Shown here one piece after another: positions 8,457 to 18,793 of a stretch of DNA of 64,000 bases (position 1 is its first letter; each line of letters starts with the position of its first letter). The notes below the pieces were generated by a model. It saw only the letters and a program-made list of their open reading frames with translations. It made no database searches and had not been told where the DNA came from. Source of the DNA: a virus; IMG/VR virus record IMGVR_UViG_3300024346_006511, positions 92,127-156,126 of that record; one strand, written 5' to 3'. The translations under genes and the position numbers were made by a program.

Positions 8457-10355
8457 TTAAGCGCGGTTAATGTTACACCTCCAGTATCTATTCTTTCTTT
8501 GATAATGGTAGGCTAAGTGGAAGAACTCTTTATCTGTCATCTCTTCCTTATCGTAATGATCTAATGTAAGTGTTTCCTCTTCAACTCCTAAAGCATGTTT
8601 TACTGAGTCAAGTTTATATGTTCTAGTAAATGGGTATACTCTATCATTAGTATGACACATATCAATATTTAACTCAATAGCATCTGTTGCATCTATTTTT
8701 AGTTTATCTGTACAGAATTTGTTGAGTTCTGATTTAAGTAAGTCTATATTCTTATAAAACACTATACTCGTTGCTCCTTTATATTCCCAGAATACATCAT
8801 CATCACCTAATACCTGTCTACCCCAAAACTCTTGTCTATCAAAAACTGCAGTTAATGAATCTACCGTCTCTTGCAACTCTCTACCGATAAGTGTGTCTGT
8901 ATCCATAAAGTACTCTAACATTTTCTCTATAACGTCTATGTGTTTATATTCGTATTTCGAGTTTAGATACTCTAAGAGATAATGTCCCCAACCGTAATAG
9001 TACATGACTATGAGAAGGTGAGCTAATAAATGACCTCTATATACTTCAATCGGATTCGCTGCATTAGTTCCAATAACACCCCAGGTCTTTTCAACTATAT
9101 AGTCTTCTAAATCATCTACACTTAAGTAAAAAGTATCTAACGGGACGTCTCTAAATTGAAGTCCGTGTTTTTCTATATACTCTGGTTGACCCATTTCAGC
9201 ATTAAATGTTAATACTAAGGGGTGTACCATCAAGAAGTCTTTTTGCCCTAAATCAATTAATCTTTGAATACCATCTTTTAATGAACTGTAGGTTTCTTCT
9301 GGCATTGGCCATATTAGTTCAGAGTAGGTAGGTATATCTTCTTTTCTGTATTTTTCTAAGTATTCAAAAGCAGCATCATATTTAAGGTTTAATCTTCTAG
9401 AAGCATCTAATGTTTCTTGATGTAAAGACTGCATAGCAAAAGTAACTCCTTTAAAGAGTCTAGTTCCTGCTTCTTTATCTAACATTGCTATTTCGTATAT
9501 CCGATCTGAGTTAGCTTTAGCCCATGTTACGTCCCAGAATTTAGGGTACCCATTTTCGAGTTTCTTTTTTATTACGTACTTAGTTATATCTACATCTCTT
9601 GGCATTAATCCCCAATTAGAGTCACATACTGCAACGTATTCTATTTTTCTATCAGACATCCAATCGATCTCTTTCTCGACTCTAGGCATTTCAAAGGTTT
9701 TAATCTTTTGCCAATATAAATCTCCAATATCACAAAAAGTACATCTATAGGGACAACCTCGAAGTGTTTCGTAAGTAACTTGCCACATTTGAGGACCATG
9801 TTCCTTTTCAACTCTTTCCATAATCCAGTCATAAAAACCTGTTAGGATCGGTGAGGGAATTAAATTTAAGTTATCTGCCCTTTGTGGAAGGGGACATAAA
9901 GTACCGCCTTTAGGAAATACATGAGGGATATCATCATATGATTCTCCTTTCAAATATCTTCTGAGGATTTCTTTTGAAGCCTGTTCTCCTTCTCCCATTA
10001 CTGCGATATCAAACATAGGATACTTTTCAAAGAATTCTTTATCTCTTTTATCTACATTTGGTCCACCGGTAATAGTAAGACAATCTGGGTATTTATCTTT
10101 AATTAATTTAGCGAGTACTTTATTATATTCCCAATTCCAGACATAGGAACTTAACATTACTACGTGAGGTTCTTTTTCTAAAGAATCTACATATGTATGT
10201 GGATTTTTCTTTTCTATTAATACGTCTGCTACTTCAAAGTTTTCTTTTACTGCTTTACTTGTACTAGCATACATCCATTGATAGCTAATAGCTACCGGTA
10301 AAAAGCTATTAGGACCATATTTATCCGCTACTTGTATTAAGTATAAGTTTTTCAT
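8457..10355 (-). CDS. Cobalamin-binding radical SAM enzyme (class B methylase-like)
   Basis: N-terminal B12-binding-like domain (SSYVWN, TGGPN, GEGE) followed by RGCPYRCTFC (CxxxCxxC). Confidence 0.85.
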   Translation of the reverse strand: MKNLYLIQVADKYGPNSFLPVAISYQWMYASTSKAVKENFEVADVLIEKKNPHTYVDSLEKEPHVVMLSSYVWNWEYNKVLAKLIKDKYPDCLTITGGPNVDKRDKEFFEKYPMFDIAVMGEGEQASKEILRRYLKGESYDDIPHVFPKGGTLCPLPQRADNLNLIPSPILTGFYDWIMERVEKEHGPQMWQVTYETLRGCPYRCTFCDIGDLYWQKIKTFEMPRVEKEIDWMSDRKIEYVAVCDSNWGLMPRDVDITKYVIKKKLENGYPKFWDVTWAKANSDRIYEIAMLDKEAGTRLFKGVTFAMQSLHQETLDASRRLNLKYDAAFEYLEKYRKEDIPTYSELIWPMPEETYSSLKDGIQRLIDLGQKDFLMVHPLVLTFNAEMGQPEYIEKHGLQFRDVPLDTFYLSVDDLEDYIVEKTWGVIGTNAANPIEVYRGHLLAHLLIVMYYYGWGHYLLEYLNSKYEYKHIDVIEKMLEYFMDTDTLIGRELQETVDSLTAVFDRQEFWGRQVLGDDDVFWEYKGATSIVFYKNIDLLKSELNKFCTDKLKIDATDAIELNIDMCHTNDRVYPFTRTYKLDSVKHALGVEEETLTLDHYDKEEMTDKEFFHLAYHYQRKNRYWRCNINRA

Positions 10356-11683
10356 ATGTCTTTAGAGTACCCTAAGTTGTCGTATATTTTTTTTGTAATG
10401 TTAGTAATAGGTAGAATAACTCCATGAAGATTCTCTTTACCTTTGTATTCTTTAGAGATATACTCTCTAAATACTCTCTTATTATGTATAGCAATAGGAA
10501 TAGACTTTAACTTAAGTTCATTAAGTTCATCATCTGATTTTAATGTAATGCTTTTTAGTAACCTGGTAATAGCAATAACTCTATCAGCTTCAGAAACTAT
10601 CTTATCATAAGATTCGTCCCATAAAGAATCATAAGTCATATATCCCATATCTTTGAGTTTCTCTAAAGAAAACGGTGAACCCATTATTATAAAAGGATGC
10701 CCAACACTAATAGGTTTCCATATTTTTTCTGAGAAAAATATACATCCAGGGTCCATAACAGTTTCTGAAACTACTGATAGGAATGTACTTTCATAATTTG
10801 ATAAAGTAAAGTTTGTTGCTAAATTATCTACAGTTGAGATATCAATACTTCTTTCTCCTTCGCTTCTAAATTTATTAAACGAATTTTCGTTTATTACATT
10901 ACCTGTATAAATGTCTGAGTATCTTAATCTGTTTTTTGGGAAACTTAAACTTATCAATCCTTTGTTTATTATTCTTTCTTGCCACATTAGGTATCCAAAA
11001 AGAAGTCTATGGTTACGTGGCTGTCTGTTGTAAGATAAGAAATATTTTTGAGGATTACTAATTTTAGCATCAAAAGGTACAATTTTTTCTTCATCGACTA
11101 TATACTCCTCAGGTGGATTGAAAAATGTTTCGAATGAGCTGCAACCGTATGCATTTATTTTCAGGTTGTTAGCCTTAACATATGTATCACATATTAAATT
11201 ACCGTGTATTACGCTTACGCTATAATCAGGTAGCTCAGCTTTGATTCTCCATCTTTCAATTATATCTAGTTCAGTGTTTGCAGTTCTAGTATACTTCCCT
11301 TCTGTTGTACATTCAATAATTAAGGCACACTTACCTATCTTAATGTCCTCTAATACAAGTTTAGATATACAAGAAAAACCGGTATCTAAGTTTAATCTAA
11401 AAAAATTATGATTATAAACTCTAATTATGTAGATGTGTTTATTGTCACCTATGTCTTCTATTTCTACGTCCTCATAATCTTCATGGAATGAAAGAGAATA
11501 GTGATGATCGTTATACTTACTTGGATCCTCTATGTATGCATTAATTACATCAGGTGTAAGAGTATGAAGTAGAGTGGGTATTTTCCCACCTTCTTGCATA
11601 TTCCAAGTTCTAGAAGTGCCGTTTGGTCTATTGTGCCCTATTATACTGTCGTAGGGCTCTCTACTACATAATATCTTTTCCAT
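10352..11683 (-). CDS. Putative GT-B glycosyltransferase (GT10-like C-terminal motif), paralog 3
   Basis: FLSYNR.PR.HR and VSET...FSEKIWKPI..GHPF...WDESYD. Confidence 0.55.
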   Translation of the reverse strand: MEKILCSREPYDSIIGHNRPNGTSRTWNMQEGGKIPTLLHTLTPDVINAYIEDPSKYNDHHYSLSFHEDYEDVEIEDIGDNKHIYIIRVYNHNFFRLNLDTGFSCISKLVLEDIKIGKCALIIECTTEGKYTRTANTELDIIERWRIKAELPDYSVSVIHGNLICDTYVKANNLKINAYGCSSFETFFNPPEEYIVDEEKIVPFDAKISNPQKYFLSYNRQPRNHRLLFGYLMWQERIINKGLISLSFPKNRLRYSDIYTGNVINENSFNKFRSEGERSIDISTVDNLATNFTLSNYESTFLSVVSETVMDPGCIFFSEKIWKPISVGHPFIIMGSPFSLEKLKDMGYMTYDSLWDESYDKIVSEADRVIAITRLLKSITLKSDDELNELKLKSIPIAIHNKRVFREYISKEYKGKENLHGVILPITNITKKIYDNLGYSKDI

Positions 11684-13037
11684 TGCCTAGTTTATCGTAT
11701 ATTCCCCAAAGTTCTCTTAAGACTTGTTCTGGTTTTTCGCTTGTTCCGTATCCCCACTTCTGAATCATATTTCTATAATGAAGTTGTTTGTTGAACTCTA
11801 ACACTTCATGCATTTCTTTTCTTATCTCTATCAGCTCTTCTTTACTTTTTTTGCTAAATCTATCTACTTCTTTAAGAATCATTTCTACTCTTAATCTGTA
11901 TTCCGTTACATGGTCGTAACTTTCATCCCACCATCGATCAAAGGTCTTATATCCTCTATTTCTTAAGTAATTTAGAGTACCTGGGTTTCCTAAAAGAAAG
12001 AACGGGTGTCCTACTTGTATAGCTTTCCATGTTTTTTCTGATATGAATAGTGTTTTGTTCTCTACTAAAGTTTCAGTAATTATAGAACAAAAGGTTGATT
12101 GAAAATCTTGTAAATCTATATTACAGGCTAGGTTAAAGAATAATTTTTTACCAATCTCTATCGGCAGTTGTTTATTTAGCTTTGCATACTCTTGATCTCG
12201 GATACCATCTGCTCTTAATACATTATTTGGAGTCCACCAATCTGGTTTACCTAAACTAACTAAACCTTTATCGAGTAAGTTATATTCAATTAACTTAGCT
12301 CCTAAATAAATTCTAGGTCCTCTAGGATTTCTATTATAACTAAGGTATAAAAATTTATTATCGTTAGGAATAAAATCAATTAATGGCTCCTCAAATTTAT
12401 CTGCGTTCCAATTATCAAAAGTATTATAAGGGTGTACTTTTATTCCTGAGTTTTTAATATCATCGTGTCCGTCTGCTTCTAAGTTTCCAGTAAAGAAGTG
12501 AACTGATCCTTTAGGAAAATGAGCTTTTTTCCTCCATTCTTCTGCTATTTTAAAATCGTCATTTCCTTCCATTCCGGAATAACCTTCCCATGGGTAAAAT
12601 AGTACAACTGCAGCATCACCGTTTCTTATATCATTTTGATATTGTTGATCGATTAAACTAAATCCTAATTCTCTATTTAATTCAAAGAATTGAGGATTAA
12701 AAACAGTTATAATATATAAATGATTAGCGCCTGATAGTTTATCTTTACTTTTATAAAAACAGTGATTCGGATCTATAATATGAGGACGATGCTGTAGTTC
12801 TAATTTTTCAGCATCAAACCACTCTCCTGTTTCTCCAAAAAAATTCCAGATGCCTAAGTTATAAGGGTAGTGAAAAGTACCTGTTTCTTTTTTATACCAA
12901 GTCTTTGAAGTACCGTTAGGTCTAGGGCCAGCAAAAATAGAATCATAACCTTCTTCACTGAGGTTAATCTGCAGCCAGTCCAATCCGTCCCAGGTATCAG
13001 GTATAGGTAGGTAACTATTTTCAATCTTATTGCTCAT
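11664..13037 (-). CDS. Putative GT-B glycosyltransferase (GT10-like C-terminal motif), paralog 2
   Basis: LSYNRNPR and ITET...ISEKTWKAI..GHPF...WDESYD. Confidence 0.55.
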   Translation of the reverse strand: MSNKIENSYLPIPDTWDGLDWLQINLSEEGYDSIFAGPRPNGTSKTWYKKETGTFHYPYNLGIWNFFGETGEWFDAEKLELQHRPHIIDPNHCFYKSKDKLSGANHLYIITVFNPQFFELNRELGFSLIDQQYQNDIRNGDAAVVLFYPWEGYSGMEGNDDFKIAEEWRKKAHFPKGSVHFFTGNLEADGHDDIKNSGIKVHPYNTFDNWNADKFEEPLIDFIPNDNKFLYLSYNRNPRGPRIYLGAKLIEYNLLDKGLVSLGKPDWWTPNNVLRADGIRDQEYAKLNKQLPIEIGKKLFFNLACNIDLQDFQSTFCSIITETLVENKTLFISEKTWKAIQVGHPFFLLGNPGTLNYLRNRGYKTFDRWWDESYDHVTEYRLRVEMILKEVDRFSKKSKEELIEIRKEMHEVLEFNKQLHYRNMIQKWGYGTSEKPEQVLRELWGIYDKLGNGKDIM

Positions 13038-13974
13038 ACTTCTTTCCTTTAATTACTTTTGCTAATACTTTAGCTATGAGTTGATGACCTTTAGGTGATG
13101 GATGAGAACAAGGTGTCATTAGCCCTTTAGGAGTAAAGTTTTTAAGTTCTCTAGGCCAGAAGTACCATAGGTGATCATTTCCTGCTAAATCATGTCTATT
13201 TTCCCTATCTAATAGTACATCTACCATTTGCTTTCTTCCTTTTGGTAGCATAGCTAAGTTGCTCCAATCTATCGTGTCTACTAAGTTTACAATGAGTCCA
13301 TCTTCGTCTTTAAAGCCTGGTGTAAAGTCTGTAAGAGCGTCTATAAGTTTTTCTCTTTCAAAAGCATGAGTAAAAGAATTAACTAAAAGCAACTTTGCAT
13401 TATTAAGTTTGCACCAGTTTTGTACTTCGACAATGTTTGAAATAACTTCTAAAGCTTCAGTTACAGGTGAGTATACTTCAGTAGCATATCCACTCCATAA
13501 GTTCTGTAGACCAATTTCTTCGCTATCAGTTATAGTTGGCCATATTGTATGAAAATAGTTATGACTATTGTTCAGACCTTTATTAAAAAAGTCAAACCTA
13601 ACCATTTGACCTACGAAGAATATTACTATTTTTTCTTTTGCTACTCCTAAGTTTAAGTCTGGATGAAGAGTGGTTAGAGCTTTTACTGTTGCTCTGTTTC
13701 CGTTACCTCTATATCCTAAGTTAATAGGAGTATAATCAGGAAAATGTTTTTTACATAATACATTAACGAAAGCATTATTATGTTCCTCTTCTCTTAAGGA
13801 ATTAAATTCATCAGACATAGGATTAATCATAGTCATTTTAGATTCTGACCAATCATATTTCTCCCATGTCTCTTTCGATACAGCTCCTTGACCTTCGACA
13901 AAAGAATCTCCTAAAGCTATAATTAACTTAGAGTCTTTATTTACTTTTAAACTTTTTCTGATGCTGTATTGCAT
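13027..13974 (-). CDS. SGNH/GDSL-fold protein
   Basis: ALGDSFVEG, NLG..GNGN, CSHPS.KGH. Confidence 0.7.
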   Translation of the reverse strand: MQYSIRKSLKVNKDSKLIIALGDSFVEGQGAVSKETWEKYDWSESKMTMINPMSDEFNSLREEEHNNAFVNVLCKKHFPDYTPINLGYRGNGNRATVKALTTLHPDLNLGVAKEKIVIFFVGQMVRFDFFNKGLNNSHNYFHTIWPTITDSEEIGLQNLWSGYATEVYSPVTEALEVISNIVEVQNWCKLNNAKLLLVNSFTHAFEREKLIDALTDFTPGFKDEDGLIVNLVDTIDWSNLAMLPKGRKQMVDVLLDRENRHDLAGNDHLWYFWPRELKNFTPKGLMTPCSHPSPKGHQLIAKVLAKVIKGKKYEQ

Positions 13975-15290
13975 AATCTATTAAATTTGTGAAATCCTTT
14001 TGGAGGTTTAAAAAGAGCATTAAATGTTAAAACGTTTCTATTATATTTCAATCTAGATTTCATCCAGCGAAAATGATTATGCCATTCGTTATTATCAGCT
14101 AAAGAGTTAATGTTTTCTACTATAGCATCTAATCTTTCTATATTATCTAACTCATCATAAGATTCATCAAATAAATTATCAAAAGTAAGGTAACCTAGTT
14201 TTTTTAGTTCTTTCAATGAACCTTTAGCTCCTAATATTTGAAATGGATGACTACATGCTATAGGTTTAAATACTTTTTCTGATAAAAATACAGACTGTTG
14301 AGAATCGTCAAATTGAGCTTCACTAACTATAGTACACCATGAATTTAACATTGACTTTTCATTTAGTCTTGCAATCTTATCTCCAGGGTTAGCTAAGTTG
14401 TCTGTTCCATCCCAACGCATTGGGGTAAACTGATGTGAATGTTCTAACTGCTGTACTTCAGGAGACCAGCCGTCTATGTCTACAGCTTCGTGAAGTACTT
14501 CATCATTCCAGGGGTTCATACTTATTAATCCATCAGGAAGTAACCCTGCATGAAATAGTTTATTAAAAAGTGCTATTCTATGCTTCCTAGGTTTACGGTT
14601 TAGGAAGTTATAAGGTTTAATTAATAGTGGATTGTTATCTTTATATTTAAGGTGGTCTTCATAAGTAGGAATATTTTGACCTTTCCTATTATAGTGGTCT
14701 ATGTTAAGGTATACATCAAATTCAAAATGTGTATACCCAAGTGTCTGAATACATTTTTTACCTGTCTTTTTTTCCCACTCTTCAGCTCTCTGTTCTAGTT
14801 GAGCATTTCCTGTTGTAAGTATTATGTTACTCGGATCAATACTTAATCTAACCGCTTCATCGTAAAAGAAATCAAATAGCCAATCAGTATGGTAGCCCTC
14901 AAGAGTATTATCAAATAATATGTATGCTCTTCCTTCTCGTAAATGCTTAAGGTATGTATCGCTAACTAGATCAAATATAGTGCTATATTTTCCTGCGTAT
15001 CCTGCCCAAGTTAGAGGAGATTCATGAACTCCTACTGGGATAATATATTTAATGCTAGGGTCTTTAACTACATCTTCTACAGAGTATGTATTAATATTCC
15101 ATTTTATCTTATCTTCTCCTGATTGGAAAAATATCCAATCTTCAGTTCTCTTTTCATGAAGGCTTCTGTGTTCTGTCTTCAGTATATTTAACCTATTAGC
15201 ATACGGAGACAAGCAAATTCTTTCATTGCCATTTTTATCTTCACCTGCTAGGTTAAGAGATGTTTCTAAATTTTCAAATACTAGGTTCAT
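13947..15290 (-). CDS. Putative GT-B glycosyltransferase (GT10-like C-terminal motif), paralog 1
   Basis: FLNRKPRKHR and VSEA...FLSEKVFKPI..SHPF...FDESYD. Confidence 0.55.
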   Translation of the reverse strand: MNLVFENLETSLNLAGEDKNGNERICLSPYANRLNILKTEHRSLHEKRTEDWIFFQSGEDKIKWNINTYSVEDVVKDPSIKYIIPVGVHESPLTWAGYAGKYSTIFDLVSDTYLKHLREGRAYILFDNTLEGYHTDWLFDFFYDEAVRLSIDPSNIILTTGNAQLEQRAEEWEKKTGKKCIQTLGYTHFEFDVYLNIDHYNRKGQNIPTYEDHLKYKDNNPLLIKPYNFLNRKPRKHRIALFNKLFHAGLLPDGLISMNPWNDEVLHEAVDIDGWSPEVQQLEHSHQFTPMRWDGTDNLANPGDKIARLNEKSMLNSWCTIVSEAQFDDSQQSVFLSEKVFKPIACSHPFQILGAKGSLKELKKLGYLTFDNLFDESYDELDNIERLDAIVENINSLADNNEWHNHFRWMKSRLKYNRNVLTFNALFKPPKGFHKFNRLCNTASEKV

Positions 15291-16293
15291 CTTTCCAGAA
15301 ACTATATAGTCCTTTATCTAATTCATAATTTTCCCAAAAGAATCTTTTTCTTTTTGGTTGCTGTTGTGCCCAATCCCACATTTCACTTAAACCTTCGTTT
15401 AACTCTACGGTATATTCGTATCCTAATATCTCCTGTGACTTTGCCCAGGTTGGATAAGCATCTTTAACTTCATGTCTTCCTTCTACATGCTCAACTTTAC
15501 CGTTTTTAATAACATCTCTAAGAATAGCATTAGATTCGTTAATACTGTGAAATTTAATTCCACCTAAGTTAATAATCTGTTTTGATGCTTCTTTTATCTT
15601 AGAAGCTTTATATAGAGGTTCTAAACAGTCTTCAATATTACTAAATGCTCTAGTCTGAGTTCCATCTCCAAATATTGTCATTGCTTGTCCATTCATGTAT
15701 TGATACATCCAGATACCGAGAACGTTCCTATATTTATCCCATATGTTCTGCCCTATACCGTAGACATTATGAGGTCTAATAATACACCAGTCTAATCCGT
15801 GCTGTTCTCCAGCAACTTGAATATCCATCTCACAGGCGTATTTTGCAATTCCATACGGGTCTATAGGTTTAGGAATATCTCCTTCATCAAAAGGTCTTTT
15901 ACCTTCCCAACCGTGACCGTATACTGCCATAGAAGACGTAAATACTAACCTCTTTACGTTAGCTCTTATACATTCATTAACTATCTTTGCAGTAGCAACA
16001 ACATTGTTATTATAATTATATGTTCTTATAAAAGGGGAGAGACCTTCTGCGGCATATGCAGCAAAATGGTAAACATAATCCGGCTGATGTGCTGAAAAGA
16101 TACCTTGGATGTTTTCACTCACTAAATCAGTCTCATAAAAGATAGTATCCTTGTGAACGTTCTCTCTAAATCCTCCTGATAAGTTATCTATACCCACTAT
16201 TTTGGTATCTGGGTAGTTTTTTCTGTAGTATTCAGCTAACCTACTTCCTAGTAGTCCTGCAACACCTGTAATTAGTATAGTTTCTTTACTCAT
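15274..16293 (-). CDS. NAD-dependent NDP-sugar epimerase/dehydratase (extended SDR)
   Basis: TGVAGLLG, FTSSMAVYG, YGIAK (YxxxK), RPHNVYG, GDGTQTR. Confidence 0.92.
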   Translation of the reverse strand: MSKETILITGVAGLLGSRLAEYYRKNYPDTKIVGIDNLSGGFRENVHKDTIFYETDLVSENIQGIFSAHQPDYVYHFAAYAAEGLSPFIRTYNYNNNVVATAKIVNECIRANVKRLVFTSSMAVYGHGWEGKRPFDEGDIPKPIDPYGIAKYACEMDIQVAGEQHGLDWCIIRPHNVYGIGQNIWDKYRNVLGIWMYQYMNGQAMTIFGDGTQTRAFSNIEDCLEPLYKASKIKEASKQIINLGGIKFHSINESNAILRDVIKNGKVEHVEGRHEVKDAYPTWAKSQEILGYEYTVELNEGLSEMWDWAQQQPKRKRFFWENYELDKGLYSFWKDEPSI

Positions 16294-17191
16294 TGTCTTG
16301 GTTTTGTTCTATTATAACCTCTCTGAAAGTACTTACTAATTGGTCTATTCCGTCTACATATTGTATAGGTTCTAAATCAATCAGCTCTTCCATTTTACTA
16401 AAGTCTACTTTGTAGCTCCTACTATCATCAGGAGAGTAATACTTAACAGTAAAATCTAATTTATTTCTCGTTACCATTTTAAGTATTAATTCCTGTTTAG
16501 TAGTATTCAAAATATTATACCCAATATTTAATATACTTTGGAAAGCATTTTTTTCTGCAAGTTCTTTTAGTACCCCGCAGAGAGTATGTATATTGATATT
16601 AGGTCTCCATGCTTCTGGATCATATACTTCTAAGTATTGGCTAAATAACACATCCTTAACAAAGTTATTAACAAGTAAATCATTTCTACCTACTCCTGAT
16701 GTGCCAAATAAAGTTGATAGTCTAACTATTTTAAACCTATCTTCATCGTATTTTTTAAGTAGATTTTCAGAATCTATTTTTAGCTTAGAGTATAAAGAGG
16801 TTACTTTAGTAGTAGATAATTCATTAACCATATTCTTTCTGTAGCCGTAAACAGAACAGCTACTAAAGAAAATTACCTGAGTATTGTTGTTTTGGCAAAT
16901 ATCAAGGGTTGTTTTTAATCCTGCAAGATGAGGTAATGGTTCTTCTAAGTCATTTATTTCATTTAACCTAGGTGATGCCATATAGAAAACGTAATCTGCT
17001 TCATTAAGTTCAGTCTCATATCTACCTATATTCTTTACATCGTCATTAATTAACTTCACTTCATCAGGGTAACCAAAGTTTTGCCCATATGTTAAGTTAT
17101 CAATAACTTTTACTTCGTGTCCAAATTGTGGCAGATAAGTCATTAGTTGACTTCCAATAAATCCTGCGCCGCCTATTAATGTAAATTTCAT
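16286..17191 (-). CDS. NAD-dependent NDP-sugar epimerase/dehydratase/reductase (extended SDR)
   Basis: GGAGFIG, FSSCSVYG, YSKLK (YxxxK). Confidence 0.88.
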   Translation of the reverse strand: MKFTLIGGAGFIGSQLMTYLPQFGHEVKVIDNLTYGQNFGYPDEVKLINDDVKNIGRYETELNEADYVFYMASPRLNEINDLEEPLPHLAGLKTTLDICQNNNTQVIFFSSCSVYGYRKNMVNELSTTKVTSLYSKLKIDSENLLKKYDEDRFKIVRLSTLFGTSGVGRNDLLVNNFVKDVLFSQYLEVYDPEAWRPNINIHTLCGVLKELAEKNAFQSILNIGYNILNTTKQELILKMVTRNKLDFTVKYYSPDDSRSYKVDFSKMEELIDLEPIQYVDGIDQLVSTFREVIIEQNQDNE

Positions 17192-17193
17192 AA

Positions 17194-18204
17194 TTAGTCT
17201 CTTACCATATCAGCAGTACAACAGTGAAAAGAACCTCCTAATGTTCTAGAGTGTCTAATCTTTAAGTCTAATGCTTCTATGTTATATTTTTTTAGTTCGT
17301 TAATTAATTCTGTTTGTCTATTATCCACACATACTGTATTCTCGTCTAATGAGATTAGATTTATACCTACCCATTCAGATGCTCTTAATACTCCTTTATA
17401 TCCAATATCTACCATCGGAGGAGAATATATAATATCCCAACCTTTAAAGAGTTCTGGCATATTACTTTCGTTTATTCTTGACGGATTTACAAGTGCCAGA
17501 CCGTCTCTAAGAATAGCAATCGTAGAATCAATATGAGAATACGAATACATATTTTCTAAGAAGTGGACCTTATATTTATCTCCTAGAATATTCTTTAACC
17601 AAGTATACCCTTTCTTGTTTCCTGTATTAGAATTTAAGTAAAGAATATCGTCATTATGTCTGAGAATATTAGCTGCATCGAATACAGGTTCTACTTCAGT
17701 TAATGTTAATTTATCTAAGTCATCTCTTTGATACGAATCATCAGTCAATCTCGGTTTAGGAGCGCAAACCCATTTGGTTCCTTTGTCCATATAATCAATA
17801 AACAGCTCTCTATATGCATCGTTCTCAAACTGTCTAGATCTTAACGTCATAGGTGATTCTATAAGGGTATCTCCAATGACTGTCATAGTATCTCTAGGGC
17901 AGAATGTATAGTATTGATCTGTTTCCCAATAGCCGTTAGACACAGTTTTTTTCGTATCTAGCAAATTAGGTCGGTGAACTTTCGCTCCGAAATCTTCTAA
18001 TGCTTTTGCTAATAAATCTAGGTCTTCAACAGACTCTTCATACACTTGAGGATCAAATAAGCCTCTTTCTGATGAAGGTATTGAGTTCTTATCTGCATAA
18101 TTAATAGCATGTAAGTCAGTACCGTGAAATGGTTGGTTTGCATTATCTACTCTACCGACTATTACTTCTTTTAATTTACCGTATTCGTTTTTTACGTTAA
18201 CCAT
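17194..18204 (-). CDS. Amidinotransferase (glycine / scyllo-inosamine-phosphate amidinotransferase family)
   Basis: NEYGKLKEVIVG, CPRD, FDAAN, HID, GGSFHC (Asp-His-Cys catalytic residues). Confidence 0.88.
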   Translation of the reverse strand: MVNVKNEYGKLKEVIVGRVDNANQPFHGTDLHAINYADKNSIPSSERGLFDPQVYEESVEDLDLLAKALEDFGAKVHRPNLLDTKKTVSNGYWETDQYYTFCPRDTMTVIGDTLIESPMTLRSRQFENDAYRELFIDYMDKGTKWVCAPKPRLTDDSYQRDDLDKLTLTEVEPVFDAANILRHNDDILYLNSNTGNKKGYTWLKNILGDKYKVHFLENMYSYSHIDSTIAILRDGLALVNPSRINESNMPELFKGWDIIYSPPMVDIGYKGVLRASEWVGINLISLDENTVCVDNRQTELINELKKYNIEALDLKIRHSRTLGGSFHCCTADMVRD

Positions 18205-18793
18205 TCTTAAATACTTTAAAACTATTTAGATTAGGGTAATTTTTATATGACCACTTCTTTGGTACCTTAGCTACTGCATCGTTTAAAGAATGCAATCCTT
18301 GAGTTGCTACCTCAGGAGTCATATAATAATGATATCCTATTTCTTCTATATCTTGTTGGGCCCATGGACCGTTTGAATTGTCTCTACCGTCATAAGTCAT
18401 GCATCTTAATTTATGAGATGCCTCCCTATTGTCTGTTAGTATCATACCTCCTCTTCCTAAACTTAAATGCTTTTGGAATTGAAAAGAAAGTACCATGAAC
18501 GTACCTTTAATATACGAATTTTTTTTCCAATAAACGGCTGAATCTATAATATTATTTGTAATATAGTAATAATCTTCCCATTCATCGTGAATAAATGTAC
18601 GTTTAATATTTAGCTTATCTGCTAACATAGGTACGGATAGATAAGTATGATAAGGAACTAAGATTTCTTCTGCCTTTGTATATCTCAAAGCCAATTCTAA
18701 TCCGTGTGTACAACAGTCTACTGCTACACCGTAATCAGCTCCATAGAACTCAGCAACTTGTTTCTCAAATGTTCCTACTAATCCAAAACTCAT
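18197..18793 (-). CDS. Short DegT/DnrJ/EryC1/StrS PLP-dependent sugar aminotransferase
   Basis: FEKQVAEF.G..YGVAVDCCT, IIDSA, SFQFQKHL..GRGGMI. Confidence 0.82.
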   Translation of the reverse strand: MSFGLVGTFEKQVAEFYGADYGVAVDCCTHGLELALRYTKAEEILVPYHTYLSVPMLADKLNIKRTFIHDEWEDYYYITNNIIDSAVYWKKNSYIKGTFMVLSFQFQKHLSLGRGGMILTDNREASHKLRCMTYDGRDNSNGPWAQQDIEEIGYHYYMTPEVATQGLHSLNDAVAKVPKKWSYKNYPNLNSFKVFKNG

